A DNA stretch of 64,000 bases from an uncultured delta proteobacterium. Its GTDB lineage: Bacteria > Desulfobacterota > BSN033 > UBA1163. The first letter of the stretch is position 1. Each line of letters begins with the position of its first letter. Made by a program: the position numbers and the translations under genes. The stretch spans positions 608,001-672,000 of the forward strand of contig CAWHBU010000002.1 in the NCBI GenBank assembly GCA_963827685.1, written 5' to 3'. The notes under the pieces are model-generated. The model saw nothing but the letters and a program-made list of their open reading frames with translations. It was not told the DNA's origin and did no database searches. Shown piece after piece: positions 51,081 to 62,034 of this stretch.

Positions 51081-52062
51081 TGGTCTCCTCATCGTGGATA
51101 AACCTGAGGGGATTACCTCCCTCGATGTGGTCAGGGAGATCAAACGCCGATTGGGTGTGAAGAAGGCAGGCCATATCGGAACCCTCGATCCGTTTGCTAC
51201 AGGCGTTTTGCCTATCGTCCTCAACGAGGGAACCAAATTGGTTCCGTTCTTAGGGGAGGGGCCCAAAGAGTATGAAGTGACCCTCAAATTAGGGGAGGAG
51301 ACGACCACCGATGATTGGACCGGTCGGGTCGTCCTGAAACAGGAATGGGAGGGCATACAAGCTGAAAAGATTGAGGCTCTCATCCATACATTTCACGGAA
51401 AGATTCATCAGACCCCCCCCATGTTTTCGGCTATTAAAATACAAGGGAGACCCCTCTATCGATTGGCCAGAGAGGGGATCGAGGTCGAGCGTAAAGAGAG
51501 AGAAGTAGAAATTTACAAAATTCAGATGGAGGACATGGAACTGCCCCTCGTTCATTTCAAGGTCTCCTGCTCAAAAGGAACCTACATCCGCACCCTGGGA
51601 AGAGATATGGGGAGGAAGATAGGATGTGGGGCTCACCTTCTCTGTCTGAGAAGGATTCGGAGCGGTCCTTTCACGCTCGAACAAGCGATCTCCTGGGAGA
51701 AGTTAAAGGATCTCTCCATGCCCGATGCTCTTCACCCCTGGTTGATTTCTTTGAGTGCGGCCTTGCCCAGTTTTCCCGAGGTGATCGGGGACGAACAATT
51801 GGTGAAGAAGGTGCGTTTTGGAAAGAAGATGATGGTTCAGGATCTTTCGCCACAGACCCTTCCAGCCTTCGAAAAAGGGGAATGGCTCAAGATGTCCTCT
51901 CCTCAGGAGGGGTTGGTGGCCATTTTAAAATCAGAAGTGAACGGGGCAGATATTCCCTGGGCAAATCCGGAAGTAGTGGCCCTTCGCCCGTTAAGGGTAT
52001 TTCGACCCCAAGAAGGATATCCTACAGAAGATCAGGCTTCGTTTAAAGGGAGGATGGCATGA
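51058..52062 (+). CDS. truB: tRNA pseudouridine(55) synthase
   Basis: [27 protein letters not shown]. Confidence 0.96.
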   Translation: MGKKKEIDGLLIVDKPEGITSLDVVREIKRRLGVKKAGHIGTLDPFATGVLPIVLNEGTKLVPFLGEGPKEYEVTLKLGEETTTDDWTGRVVLKQEWEGIQAEKIEALIHTFHGKIHQTPPMFSAIKIQGRPLYRLAREGIEVERKEREVEIYKIQMEDMELPLVHFKVSCSKGTYIRTLGRDMGRKIGCGAHLLCLRRIRSGPFTLEQAISWEKLKDLSMPDALHPWLISLSAALPSFPEVIGDEQLVKKVRFGKKMMVQDLSPQTLPAFEKGEWLKMSSPQEGLVAILKSEVNGADIPWANPEVVALRPLRVFRPQEGYPTEDQASFKGRMA

Positions 52063-52328
52063 CACTCGTTCAGGAGAAGAAAAAAGAGATTATCGAACAG
52101 TTTAAAAGCCACGAACGGGACACGGGTTCCCCGGAGGTTCAAATCGCTCTTCTCAGCGAAAGGATCCGATATCTGACGGAACACTTTAAAGTACACCAAC
52201 GAGATCATCACTCTCGCAGAGGTCTCCTCAAATTGGTTGGGCAGCGGAGGAGACTCCTCAACTATCTTAAAGAAAACAAAGTAGATCGATATCGAACGGT
52301 CATCGATAAGTTAGGTCTACGGAAGTAA
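52059..52328 (+). CDS. rpsO: 30S ribosomal protein S15
   Basis: [18 protein letters not shown]. Confidence 0.98.
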   Translation: MTLVQEKKKEIIEQFKSHERDTGSPEVQIALLSERIRYLTEHFKVHQRDHHSRRGLLKLVGQRRRLLNYLKENKVDRYRTVIDKLGLRK

Positions 52329-52368
52329 TGCCAGCATGTTCTAAATGAAAAGGAGCAAAGAAATTCGT

Positions 52369-54525
52369 ATGGGTCAGAAGCTACAGATCGATTTTGGAGG
52401 AAGGCCTTTTTCCATTGAAACCGGAAAGGTGGCGAAGCAGGCGAATGGTTCGGTCATGGTGCAGTACGGAGAGACGGTCGTCCTGGTGACGGCTGTGACA
52501 TCCGAAAAGAAGCGCGAAGGCCTCGATTTCATTCCCCTCACTGTGAATTATTTAGAAATGACTTATGCCGCAGGGAGGATCCCAGGAGGTTTTTTTAAGA
52601 GGGAAGGGAGGCCCAGTGATCGGGAAACCCTTATCTCCCGCTTTATTGATCGACCCCTAAGGCCCCTTTTCCCGAAAGGGTTTCAAAATGAGATCCAGAT
52701 CATCGCCACCGTCCTTTCTGCCGACCAGGATAATGATCCTTCCATCTTGGGAATGATTGGAGCCTCCAGCGCCCTGTCTCTCTCCGATATCCCCTTCGAT
52801 GGTCCCATTGCAGGAGCTAAAGTGGGTCGGATTGACGGAGAGTTCGTCCTTAACCCCACTCATGGAGAATTGGAACTGAGCGACATCGATCTCTTTGTGG
52901 CGGGGAGTGAGGAGGCAATCATTATGGTCGAAGGAAGTGCCAAGGAGGCCAAGGAGGAGGAGATCTTGGAGGCTATTTTATTCGGCCATCAATCCCTGAA
53001 ACCGGTGATTGCTCTTCAAAAACAGATGAAATCGGCTTTAGGAGTCACCCATCGGGAATTCGAACTCCAAAAACCAGAAGAAGCCCTTTACGAAAAAGTA
53101 AGCACCATCGCTCAAGAGAAACTCCAGGAGATCTTTCAACTCACAGAGAAAGGGAAAAGAAGAGAACGACTGGAGGAGATCCTTCAGTTGACCTTTCAAG
53201 AACTCGGGGCCGAAGACGAATCCTCACAAAAGATGGTGAAGATCGCTTTGGAAGAGACCTATCGTAAACTGGTCCGAAAATCAATTTTAGAAAAGAAACA
53301 GAGAATCGATGGGAGAAGGCTTTCAGAAATTCGTCCCATCTTCTGTGAAGTGGGCATCCTTCCCAGAACGCATGGCTCCGCTCTCTTCACACGTGGAGAA
53401 ACTCAGGTTTTGGCCGTGGTCACTTTTGGAACCTCTGAGGATGAGCAGAAAATTAATTCCTTGACTGGAGAGACCTATAAATCCTTCATGCTCCACTATA
53501 ACTTCCCTCCCTTCTGTACAGGAGAAGTTGCCCCATTGAGGTCGCCCAGCCGGAGAGAGATTGGACATGGGGCATTGGCCGAGAGGGCGATCCTGCCTGT
53601 CCTTCCCTCCAGTGAGCAATTCCCCTATACCATTCGAATTGTCTCCGAAGTATTGGAATCGAACGGATCCTCCTCCATGGCCACGGTATGTGGAGCAACC
53701 CTCTCGCTCATGGATGCAGGCGTTCCCATTAAGGCTCCCGTAGCTGGCATTGCCATGGGGTTAATCTTAGAAGATAGGGAGAGTGCCGTTCTCTCAGACA
53801 TTCTGGGCGATGAGGATCATTTGGGCGATATGGATTTCAAGGTGGCAGGTACTTCCGAAGGGGTCACAGCCATACAGATGGATATCAAAGTTCGGGGCAT
53901 CTCCAAAGAGATCATGAGAAAAGTTCTCGATCAGGCCAGAGAGGGCAGATTCCATATTCTGGATAAGATGAGGGAGACGATTTCCGAACCCCGCAAAGAT
54001 CTGTCACGGCATGCCCCCCGGATCGTCAGCCTCCAAGTCAAACAGGAGAAGATCAGAGATGTCATCGGTCCAGGAGGGAAGAACATTCGGGCCATTGTCG
54101 ATCAGACCGGTGTGAAGGTGGATGTGGAGGATTCGGGACTGGTGAAGCTGGCTTCTCCGAATTATGAGGCAATCGAAAAAGCCATCTATATGATCAAGAG
54201 GCTCACCCAAGAGGTCGAAGTAGGTGCTCTTTACACCGGTAAGGTATTACGGATTTTGGGTTTTGGTGCCATTGTAGAACTTTTTCCAGGGACCGACGGC
54301 CTCATCCATATCTCCCAGTTGGCAGAGGGCCATGTCAGGGAGGTCTCGGATGTTCTGAAGGAAGGGGATGAAGTCCTCGTAAAGGTGATCGATATCGATC
54401 CGCAGGGCCGCATTCGGTTGAGTCGTAAGGCAGCCATGAGGGAGACGCAGGCAAAGTGCAGGGGGCAAGGGGTAAAGAGGAAAAGAGGAGCTAAAGGAAT
54501 AAGAAGCAATGGAAGCAAAGATTAA
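52369..54525 (+). CDS. pnp: Polynucleotide phosphorylase
   Basis: [40 protein letters not shown]; KH and S1 domains. Confidence 0.98.
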   Translation: MGQKLQIDFGGRPFSIETGKVAKQANGSVMVQYGETVVLVTAVTSEKKREGLDFIPLTVNYLEMTYAAGRIPGGFFKREGRPSDRETLISRFIDRPLRPLFPKGFQNEIQIIATVLSADQDNDPSILGMIGASSALSLSDIPFDGPIAGAKVGRIDGEFVLNPTHGELELSDIDLFVAGSEEAIIMVEGSAKEAKEEEILEAILFGHQSLKPVIALQKQMKSALGVTHREFELQKPEEALYEKVSTIAQEKLQEIFQLTEKGKRRERLEEILQLTFQELGAEDESSQKMVKIALEETYRKLVRKSILEKKQRIDGRRLSEIRPIFCEVGILPRTHGSALFTRGETQVLAVVTFGTSEDEQKINSLTGETYKSFMLHYNFPPFCTGEVAPLRSPSRREIGHGALAERAILPVLPSSEQFPYTIRIVSEVLESNGSSSMATVCGATLSLMDAGVPIKAPVAGIAMGLILEDRESAVLSDILGDEDHLGDMDFKVAGTSEGVTAIQMDIKVRGISKEIMRKVLDQAREGRFHILDKMRETISEPRKDLSRHAPRIVSLQVKQEKIRDVIGPGGKNIRAIVDQTGVKVDVEDSGLVKLASPNYEAIEKAIYMIKRLTQEVEVGALYTGKVLRILGFGAIVELFPGTDGLIHISQLAEGHVREVSDVLKEGDEVLVKVIDIDPQGRIRLSRKAAMRETQAKCRGQGVKRKRGAKGIRSNGSKD

Positions 54526-55849
54526 AAAAGTTCAAGATTCCTTGAATCAATCGCGGATTGAAAGCGGATCTGCGTATCAAAGGACTGTTCTCGCTAATGG
54601 ACTCCGAGTGATTACAGAAGAAATCCCTTATCTCAGGTCTGTCTCCATCGGAGTGTGGGTGGTCACTGGGTCGAGAGATGAACAACCTCATGAAAACGGA
54701 ATCTCCCATTTTATTGAACACCTTCTCTTCAAAGGGACAGAAAAGAGGACTGCTTTTGACATCGCCAAGGAGATTGACTCTGTGGGTGGGACTCTGAACG
54801 CCTTTACAGGCAGGGAGTACACCTGTTTTTATGCTAAGGTGATCGATAATAATTTACCCCTCGCCATCGATCTCCTCTCGGATATTTTTCTCCATTCCAT
54901 CATGGATGGTAAAGATGTTGAAAAGGAGAGGATGGTGATCCTCCAGGAGATCAAGATGGTGGAAGATACTCCTGACGACTATATCCACGATCTCTTCAAC
55001 CGGGTCTGTTGGGGAGACCATCCGTTGGGTTTCCCAATTTATGGATCTTCAGAACTTGTCCAATCATTCAAACGAGATCAACTTCACCAATTTTTTAGGG
55101 AGAACTATCCGCCCAATCGAATCATTGTCTGCGCTGCGGGGAATTTAAGACACCAGGAGGTAGTTGACCTGATCGACGAGACGTTCGGTCAGATTCCAAG
55201 GTCGGACAAGGCAAGGGGAAGGGTAAAACCCGATCCCATCTCCACGACCAATGTCTGGAAAAGAGATTTAGAGCAGGTTCACTTTTGCCTCGGTACCAAA
55301 GGGCTCCAATACAACCATTCCCTTCGGTTTGCCTCGTATGTCCTGAACACCATTCTGGGAGGTGGGATGAGTTCAAGACTTTTTCAAGAGATCCGCGAGA
55401 ATCGTGGTTTGGCTTATTCTGTTTATTCCTATCTTCCGACCTATATCGATACGGGACTGGTCGTTGTTTATGCGGGGACCAATGAGGGCTCTTTTCAGGA
55501 GGCCACCGAACTGGTTCTCAAAGAGTTCAACCGTCTTAAGAAGGAACCTTTGAAGAATGGGGAATTGGAAACCGCGAAAGAACAGTTGAAAGGAAATCTT
55601 CTCCTTAGCCTCGAGAGTTCCGATAATCTGATGACCCGTCTGGCAAAGAATGAAATTTATTTTAAGGCCTACCTTCCTGTGGGGATGATCCTCAAAGGGA
55701 TTGACGAGGTAAATGAAGAAACCGTTCAACATTTGGCCAACGATATCTTTGATGAGCGATTCTTCTGCTTGACCGTCTTAGGCCCGATGAATGGGAATGA
55801 TTTGGACAAGGTCGGACTGACGGGGAAACAAAAAATACATCCTGTTTGA
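54509..55849 (+). CDS. M16 family zinc peptidase
   Basis: HFIEH inverted zinc motif, [18 protein letters not shown]. Confidence 0.95.
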   Translation: MEAKIKKVQDSLNQSRIESGSAYQRTVLANGLRVITEEIPYLRSVSIGVWVVTGSRDEQPHENGISHFIEHLLFKGTEKRTAFDIAKEIDSVGGTLNAFTGREYTCFYAKVIDNNLPLAIDLLSDIFLHSIMDGKDVEKERMVILQEIKMVEDTPDDYIHDLFNRVCWGDHPLGFPIYGSSELVQSFKRDQLHQFFRENYPPNRIIVCAAGNLRHQEVVDLIDETFGQIPRSDKARGRVKPDPISTTNVWKRDLEQVHFCLGTKGLQYNHSLRFASYVLNTILGGGMSSRLFQEIRENRGLAYSVYSYLPTYIDTGLVVVYAGTNEGSFQEATELVLKEFNRLKKEPLKNGELETAKEQLKGNLLLSLESSDNLMTRLAKNEIYFKAYLPVGMILKGIDEVNEETVQHLANDIFDERFFCLTVLGPMNGNDLDKVGLTGKQKIHPV

Positions 55850-56304
55850 GGGTGGGTGCGAGTTTGAGAATTTATATCAAACGTTTGAGAAAAGATCCAA
55901 GCGTGCCCATGCCCCAATACATGACAGCAGGTGCCTCCGGAATGGACCTCTTCGCCTCTCTCGAAAAAGAAATCACTCTGGAACCCGGGGAGAGAAAAAT
56001 GATTCCCACTGGAATTGCCGTGGCGATCCCGGAGGGGTTCGAAGGCCAAGTCAGACCCCGCAGTGGATTGGCCATTCAGAAGGGGATTGGCATTGTTAAT
56101 GGACCGGGGACGATCGATTCCGATTATCGCGGGGAGATTAGCGTCGTCCTGATCAATTTTGGAAAGGAACCCTTTACCATTCGTAATGGAGAAAGAATCG
56201 CTCAAATGGTGATCTCCCAAGTTTTTCGAGCCACTTTGGAAGAAGTGGATGACCTCCCAGCGACCCACAGGCAAGGAGGGGGATTTGGTCACACAGGGAT
56301 CTAA
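55846..56304 (+). CDS. dut: dUTP diphosphatase
   Basis: GASGMDL, RPRSGL, GTIDSDYRGE, RIAQ, GGFGHTG. Confidence 0.97.
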   Translation: MRVGASLRIYIKRLRKDPSVPMPQYMTAGASGMDLFASLEKEITLEPGERKMIPTGIAVAIPEGFEGQVRPRSGLAIQKGIGIVNGPGTIDSDYRGEISVVLINFGKEPFTIRNGERIAQMVISQVFRATLEEVDDLPATHRQGGGFGHTGI

Positions 56305-56335
56305 AGAAGAGCTCAAGACAATTACTCTCTTCATC

Positions 56336-56370
56336 AAAGCAGAGGAAATAATCCCCTCTGCTTTTTATTT
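56336..56370 (+). terminator. Intrinsic terminator
   Basis: aaagcagagg-aaataatcc-cctctgcttttt. Confidence 0.7.
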
Positions 56371-56393
56371 AATAAAAACACATTAAGCGAAGG

Positions 56394-56555
56394 GTCATTG
56401 CGAGGAGCGAAGCGACGAAGCAATCTCATAGTTTCAAAGTTAAGATTGCCACGCCTGCGTGCCGAAACATTTATCTGCACAAAGCGTTTCGGTTGAGGAA
56501 CGCATTCCGGCGTGCAGGCACGCTCTCCCGCTAAGGCGGGATCGCTCGCAATGAC
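56394..56555. repeat. RPE/REP-like palindromic element with a nested 65-bp element
   Basis: Ends GTCATTGCGAG / CTCGCAATGAC; internal GCAATCT/AGATTGC; nested cacg|cctgcgtgccg...cggcgtgcagg|cacg (56454-56518). Confidence 0.8.
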
Positions 56556-56613
56556 GATATAAGAGCATTTATTGAGTTTGCATTAGCTCCCCTTTCATGA
56601 TTAGGGAAGTATC

Positions 56614-57501
56614 ATGGAACCGTTACTGGATCAGTTTCTTCATTACCTCATCGTTGAAAAAGGCCTCTCCAAAAATACCATCGATGCCTACCGCCATGGT
56701 TTGACTCGATTCTTAGGTCATCTGAGGGAAAAAGGGGTTCAGGAGATCCAAGAAGTTGGCAAACTCCATATCAGGGGATTTCTACTGGCTCTGAGAAGGA
56801 AGAACCTTAACACAAAGAGCATCGTGAGAGATTTGGTTGCCATTCGTTCCTTTTTTCGATTTTTGATTCAAGAAGGCATTCTGGAGTCCAATCCTGCTGA
56901 GGAACTGGAATCACCCAAGGTGGCAAAAACGCTTCCGGAAATTTTGACATTGAAGGAGATCGAGCAAATTTTGGAACAACCTAATGTTCACACTCCACTT
57001 GGAATAAGAGACCGGGCGATGTTGGAAATGCTATACGCCACAGGAATGAGGGTTTCCGAACTGACTCAGCTTCCGATTCATCAGGTTAACCTGGAAGGGG
57101 GATACGTCCTCCTCTACGGAAAGGGTTCAAAAGAAAGAATCGTTCCGCTCGGAAGCGAAGCGATGAAGTGGGTTACCATCTATTTAAAGACAGCCCGCGG
57201 AATCCTTTCGAAGGGGAAAGAGAACCTATCCCTTTTTATCAACCGCTCGGGGAAGGGGATGAGCCGACAGCGGTTCTGGAAAAGTCTTAAAAATCATGCG
57301 CGAAGAGCGGGTCTGCGTAAAAGGATCACCCCGCACCTTGTTCGTCACTCTTTTGCCAGCCATCTTTTAGAAAGAGGGGCGGATCTTCGTTCTGTCCAGA
57401 TGATGCTTGGCCATGTGGATATCTCCACCACCCAGATCTATACCCATGTGACTGGAGAGAGATTGAAGAAGGTTCATAAACAGTACCACCCGAGAGGGTA
57501 A
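56614..57501 (+). CDS. xerD: Site-specific tyrosine recombinase XerD
   Basis: RDRAMLE.LYATG.RVSE, GKGSKER, HLVRHSFA.H, LGH..ISTTQIYTH. Confidence 0.95.
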   Translation: MEPLLDQFLHYLIVEKGLSKNTIDAYRHGLTRFLGHLREKGVQEIQEVGKLHIRGFLLALRRKNLNTKSIVRDLVAIRSFFRFLIQEGILESNPAEELESPKVAKTLPEILTLKEIEQILEQPNVHTPLGIRDRAMLEMLYATGMRVSELTQLPIHQVNLEGGYVLLYGKGSKERIVPLGSEAMKWVTIYLKTARGILSKGKENLSLFINRSGKGMSRQRFWKSLKNHARRAGLRKRITPHLVRHSFASHLLERGADLRSVQMMLGHVDISTTQIYTHVTGERLKKVHKQYHPRG

Positions 57502-57509
57502 AAATTATC

Positions 57510-57591
57510 AGTTAAGAGTTTAGAGTTCGGAGTTTAGAATTAAGAATTAAATTCTTTAAACTCATAATTCATAACTCATAACTCTTAATTC
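57510..57591. repeat. Inverted heptamer-repeat element (AGTTTAG / CATAACT)
   Basis: agttaag agtttag agttcgg agtttag aattaag ... cataatt cataact cataact cttaatt. Confidence 0.8.
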
Positions 57592-57600
57592 AATGTCATT

Positions 57601-60243
57601 ATGGAAGTGATCACCACCCATATTAATGCGGATTTTGATTCTTTGGCCTCCATGCTGGCCGCTAAAAAGCTCTATCCCAATGCCGTCTTGGTCTTTCCTG
57701 GCTCTCAAGAGAGAAGCCTTCGTGATTTTTTCATCCATTCCACCCTCTATGCCTTTGAGGTGGAGCGGGTCAAAAATATTGATCTTGAGGAAGTGAAACG
57801 ACTCATTTTGGTTGACACTCGTCAGATCAGTCGAATCGGAAAGTTTTCAGAGGTTCTATCCAAACCCGGTTTAGACATTCACATCTATGATCATCATCCT
57901 CCTTCTTCGGAGGATCTCCATGGGTCCCTGGAGGTTCTCTCAGAGGTAGGCGCAACGGTGACACTCCTTCTCGATATCCTTCAAAAAAAGGGAATCGAGA
58001 TCACCCCTGACGAGGCGACTGTGATGATGTTGGGGATTTATGAAGATACAGGGAACTTGACCTTTCCTTCAACCAAAGAGGACGATTTCAAAGCGGCTGG
58101 GTACCTGGCCCGAAAGGGGGCGAATCTCAGCGTCCTATCGAATGTGATCATCAAGGAACTCACCGCAGAGCAAATCTTTTTGTTGAATGATCTGATCCAA
58201 TCCGCTACGCGATATAGCTTTCACGGGATCGATGTCGTCATTGCTCAGGCTTCTGTGGATCGGTATGTGGGGGATATTGCCGTACTGGTCCATAAATTGA
58301 AAGATATGGAAAATCTGGATGTGCTCTTTGTGCTGGTCAGGATGGAAGACCGAATTTACTTGATCGGGAGGAGTCGCCTGGAAGAGGTGAACGTTTCAGA
58401 AATCGCCAGCGAATTTGGAGGGGGAGGGCATCCCACCGCAGCCTCTGCAACAGTCAAGGGGATGCCCCTTGTAGAGGCCCATGATCGATTGATCAAAACA
58501 TTAAGAGAGATGGTGAGGCCCAAAAAGGTGGCAAGGGATACGATGGTCTATCCTGTTAAGAGTATTGAACCGGAACGAACCCTGAAAGAAGCTGGAGAGA
58601 TATTGACCCGGTATAATCTGAACGTCCTTCCTGTCTTTCAGGACGAAAAAGTGATTGGCTTGATTTCAAAACAAGTCGTGGAAAAGGCTGTGTATCATGG
58701 CCTAAAAAGTTCCTTGGTGAAGGAATATATGACGACGGAGTTTTCGGTCGTCTCCCCAGATACGCCTTTTTTTCGAGTCCAGGCGCTCATCATCGGACAG
58801 AACCAGAGCCTCCTGCCTGTCATTGAAAAAGATCGATTGGTGGGAACCATTTCTGCAGGGGACGTCATGCGGATTCTTCAAGAGGAGATGATGAAGTCGG
58901 AAAAGGGGGTTTCTGTTTTTGAGAGCCAGCCCCTTTATACCCGGAAAAAGATGATCTCCAAATTGATGAGAGAACGTTTCCCTGAGCGAATCTACAACCT
59001 GCTGATAGAATTTGGAAGGGTAGGGGATGCGTTGGGATATTCCGTCTTTGGCGTCGGGGGGTTTGTCAGAGACCTGTTGTTGAGGGTAGAAAACTTCGAT
59101 GTGGATATTGTGGTGGAGGGAGATGGGATTCGCCTGGCTGAGGAATTCGAAAAAAAGTTCCCCTGCCGGATTCGAACGCATAAAAAATTTGGGACGGCGA
59201 TCATCCTCTTCCCCGATGGGTTGAAAGTCGATGTGGCTACCGCTCGCTGGGAGTTCTACGATTCTCCGGCAGCCCTGCCTACCGTGGAAAAGGCTTCCAT
59301 CAAGACGGACCTCTATCGGAGGGACTTTACCGTCAACACCCTGGCCATTCAACTCAATCCAAAGGCGTTTGGCGAGCTGATCGATTTTTTTGGAGGGGTA
59401 AGAGATGTCAAAGAAAAAGTGATCAGGGTCCTTCACAATCTCTCTTTTGTCGAAGATCCCACCCGAGTCTTTCGGGCGATCCGTTTTGAGCAACGTTTTG
59501 GATTCCAAATCGGAAAACATACCCAGAATCTGATGAAGAATGCGGTGAAAGTAGGGTTTTTAGAACGTCTCTCAGGGGGACGGATTCTCTCCGAGCTCAT
59601 CCTCATCCTTCAGGAGGAAGCCCCTCTCTCCGTCCTGAAACGGATGAGAGATTTTAATCTCTTTCATTTCCTCCACCCCAGCCTTAAATTCGATGAGCAA
59701 GCCGAGGTTCTTTTTGAACAGATCCATCATGTCATCTCCTGGTTCGACCTGCTTTTCCTGCAGAAGCAATATGAGCGTTGGCTCATCTATTTTTATGGAC
59801 TCACCGATTTCTTAAAAGAAGGAGAGAGGGAAGCGCTTTGTCAAAGATTGGCCATGAATGAAAAGCTTAGAAAGAGGGTGCTGGAAGGGAAACTTCAGGC
59901 GGACCAGGCTCTTCTCCAAATCTTCTCTTGGGTCAGCACAGACCGAAGACCGAAACGGTCAGAGATTTATGACATCCTTGATCCCCTTTCTACTGAATCA
60001 AAACTCTTTATGATGGCCAAGACGACCCAGGTACCGACCCGCCGTTATATCTCCCTGTATTTCACACAGCTGAAAGATACAAAACCGCTCTTGAAAGGAA
60101 GGGATTTGATTCAAATGGGAATGAAATCAGGTCCTTCGATTAAAAGAGCCCTAACGAGTTTGCTCAAAGCCAGATTGGACGAGCAGGTGACTACCCGACA
60201 AGATGAGATGGAGTATATCTCGAAGGCCCAAGGAATGGAATAA
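57601..60243 (+). CDS. DHH-CBS-tRNA nucleotidyltransferase (CCA/A-adding) protein
   Basis: THINADFD, DHH, GGGGH, 2 CBS domains, GGFVRD, DVDI, DLYRRDFTVN, EDPTR. Confidence 0.92.
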   Translation: MEVITTHINADFDSLASMLAAKKLYPNAVLVFPGSQERSLRDFFIHSTLYAFEVERVKNIDLEEVKRLILVDTRQISRIGKFSEVLSKPGLDIHIYDHHPPSSEDLHGSLEVLSEVGATVTLLLDILQKKGIEITPDEATVMMLGIYEDTGNLTFPSTKEDDFKAAGYLARKGANLSVLSNVIIKELTAEQIFLLNDLIQSATRYSFHGIDVVIAQASVDRYVGDIAVLVHKLKDMENLDVLFVLVRMEDRIYLIGRSRLEEVNVSEIASEFGGGGHPTAASATVKGMPLVEAHDRLIKTLREMVRPKKVARDTMVYPVKSIEPERTLKEAGEILTRYNLNVLPVFQDEKVIGLISKQVVEKAVYHGLKSSLVKEYMTTEFSVVSPDTPFFRVQALIIGQNQSLLPVIEKDRLVGTISAGDVMRILQEEMMKSEKGVSVFESQPLYTRKKMISKLMRERFPERIYNLLIEFGRVGDALGYSVFGVGGFVRDLLLRVENFDVDIVVEGDGIRLAEEFEKKFPCRIRTHKKFGTAIILFPDGLKVDVATARWEFYDSPAALPTVEKASIKTDLYRRDFTVNTLAIQLNPKAFGELIDFFGGVRDVKEKVIRVLHNLSFVEDPTRVFRAIRFEQRFGFQIGKHTQNLMKNAVKVGFLERLSGGRILSELILILQEEAPLSVLKRMRDFNLFHFLHPSLKFDEQAEVLFEQIHHVISWFDLLFLQKQYERWLIYFYGLTDFLKEGEREALCQRLAMNEKLRKRVLEGKLQADQALLQIFSWVSTDRRPKRSEIYDILDPLSTESKLFMMAKTTQVPTRRYISLYFTQLKDTKPLLKGRDLIQMGMKSGPSIKRALTSLLKARLDEQVTTRQDEMEYISKAQGME

Positions 60244-60983
60244 TGGTTGGAGACGATTTACGTTCAGAGGAAAAACACGCCTATACCTTCCGATTGGAGG
60301 GGTTTGAAGGGCCGCTTGACCTGTTGCTCCATCTTATTCAGAAGAACGAATTGGATATCTTCAATATTCCCATCGCCCTCATCACCGAACAGTATTTAGA
60401 ATATCTCCAATTGATGAAGGTACTCAACTTGGATATCGCTGGGGAGTACCTGTTGATGGCTTCCACTCTCCTTCATATCAAATCGAAGATGTTGCTCCCC
60501 AAATCTTCAGAGGGAGAAGAAGAGGAGGAAGAAGATCCAAGGGCAGAACTGGTCCGAAGGCTTTTGGAGTATCAGAAATATAAACAGGCCGCACTTGATT
60601 TGGAGAAAAGGCCCTTATTGGACCGGGACGTCTTCATCCGGTTGGTGGCGGCAGAGCCTGAAGAGAAACCGGAGGAAGAAAGAATTGAGGTGAATCTTTT
60701 TGAACTCTTCGAGGCTTTTCGGAAAGTTCTAGAGAGGGTTAAATCAGAGACTGTCCATGAAGTCATCTTAGAACAACTCAGCGTTGAGGATAAAATTCAA
60801 GAAATCGTGACCCTTCTTGAAAAGGAAAATCGAAGCGTGGCGTTTCATCGCCTTTTTCCTGAACAGGCTTCCAGGAGAGTCGTTGTGATCACTTTGTTGG
60901 CCATACTCGAACTGGTTAAGATGAAACGCATTCGCATCTTCCAGCTGGCTCCCTTCGAGACGATTCGAATATCACCGCTTTGA
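60243..60983 (+). CDS. scpA: Segregation and condensation protein A
   Basis: FEGPLDLLLHLI, IKSKMLLP, LAILEL. Confidence 0.95.
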   Translation: MVGDDLRSEEKHAYTFRLEGFEGPLDLLLHLIQKNELDIFNIPIALITEQYLEYLQLMKVLNLDIAGEYLLMASTLLHIKSKMLLPKSSEGEEEEEEDPRAELVRRLLEYQKYKQAALDLEKRPLLDRDVFIRLVAAEPEEKPEEERIEVNLFELFEAFRKVLERVKSETVHEVILEQLSVEDKIQEIVTLLEKENRSVAFHRLFPEQASRRVVVITLLAILELVKMKRIRIFQLAPFETIRISPL

Positions 60984-61070
60984 ACAGGGTCTACGATGGA
61001 TGGATTAAAAGGCAGGTTTCGTGTATGATAGAGGGCAGGAAAGGCAGAACTACTGGCTGTGCGCATGGCG

Positions 61071-61103
61071 CCTGCCTGCAAGAAGCGTTTCGGCGAAGGC
61101 AGG
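61071..61103. repeat. REP-like palindrome CCTGCC...GGCAGG
   Basis: cctgcctgcaagaagcgtttcggcgaaggcagg; shares AAGCGTTTCGG with the 56454-56518 element. Confidence 0.55.
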
Positions 61104-61140
61104 CTAAGCGCTTAGTGTCTTTTTAAATAGGGAGGGATCC

Positions 61141-62025
61141 ATGAAACAGAAACGAATCTTCATCGGGTTGGGTGTGATCGTAGCACTTCTCATTTTCTTT
61201 TTTGGCATTCTTTTCCTTGTTGGACGCTATGCCGGGGGGAGGTCCAGCCGACTTGCCTTTGGAGATAAGATTGCCATTGTGGAGATTAAGGGAGTGATCA
61301 GCCAGTCTTCTGGAATCATTGAAGAGCTCCAGCAGTATCTTGAGGATGAAGGGGTCAAGGCCATCATCCTCAGGATCGATTCTCCAGGTGGGGGTGTAGG
61401 CCCGGCGCAAGAGATCTACCGGGAGGTGATGAAGATCAAGTCAAAGAAAAAAGTGGTTACCTCCATGGGGTCTGTGGCGGCGTCTGGGGGCTATTACGTC
61501 GCATGCGCCTCTGATCTCATCGTTGCAAATCCTGGGACGATTACCGGTTCGATCGGGGTGATCATGCAATTCTCAAATTTTGAAGAGCTTCTTAAAAAAA
61601 TTGGAATCAAGGGAGTGGTGCTCAAAAGCGGGGAGCATAAAGATATCGGATCCCCTTTCCGCGAGATGACCCCGGAGGAGAAAAAAATCATGCAGGAAGT
61701 GCTTGACAATGTCCACCAACAATTCATTCAGGCCGTGGCGGATGGTAGAAAAATGGACCGATCTAAAGTCGTTGAGATCGCAGATGGTCGAATCCTAACA
61801 GGGGAGCAGGCTAAGAATTTGGGGTTGGTTGACCGAATGGGGAATCTTCAGGATACGATCGATATTGCTGCCAATATGGTAGGAATAGTGGGGAAGCCGA
61901 ACGTCCTCTATCCTAAAAAGAGGCTTTCGATCTGGGAACTTTTGATGAGAGATATGGCTTCTGCGATCATCGACGTATTGAATGAGAAGGGATATGAATT
62001 GAACTCTCCCTTACAGGTTAAATAG
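61141..62025 (+). CDS. sppA: Signal peptide peptidase SppA (36K type)
   Basis: RIDSPGG, AASGGYY, TGSIGV. Confidence 0.95.
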   Translation: MKQKRIFIGLGVIVALLIFFFGILFLVGRYAGGRSSRLAFGDKIAIVEIKGVISQSSGIIEELQQYLEDEGVKAIILRIDSPGGGVGPAQEIYREVMKIKSKKKVVTSMGSVAASGGYYVACASDLIVANPGTITGSIGVIMQFSNFEELLKKIGIKGVVLKSGEHKDIGSPFREMTPEEKKIMQEVLDNVHQQFIQAVADGRKMDRSKVVEIADGRILTGEQAKNLGLVDRMGNLQDTIDIAANMVGIVGKPNVLYPKKRLSIWELLMRDMASAIIDVLNEKGYELNSPLQVK

Positions 62026-62034
62026 AACCATTAC

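Noticed and set aside
56614-57501. Prophage/island integrase
   Set aside because: Sequence and housekeeping context fit chromosomal XerD.
2438-59769. Numerous long antisense or alternative-frame ORFs (e.g. 2438-3313, 47618-48328, 50694-51383, 58702-59520)
   Set aside because: They overlap well-supported genes and show no motifs; shadow ORFs.
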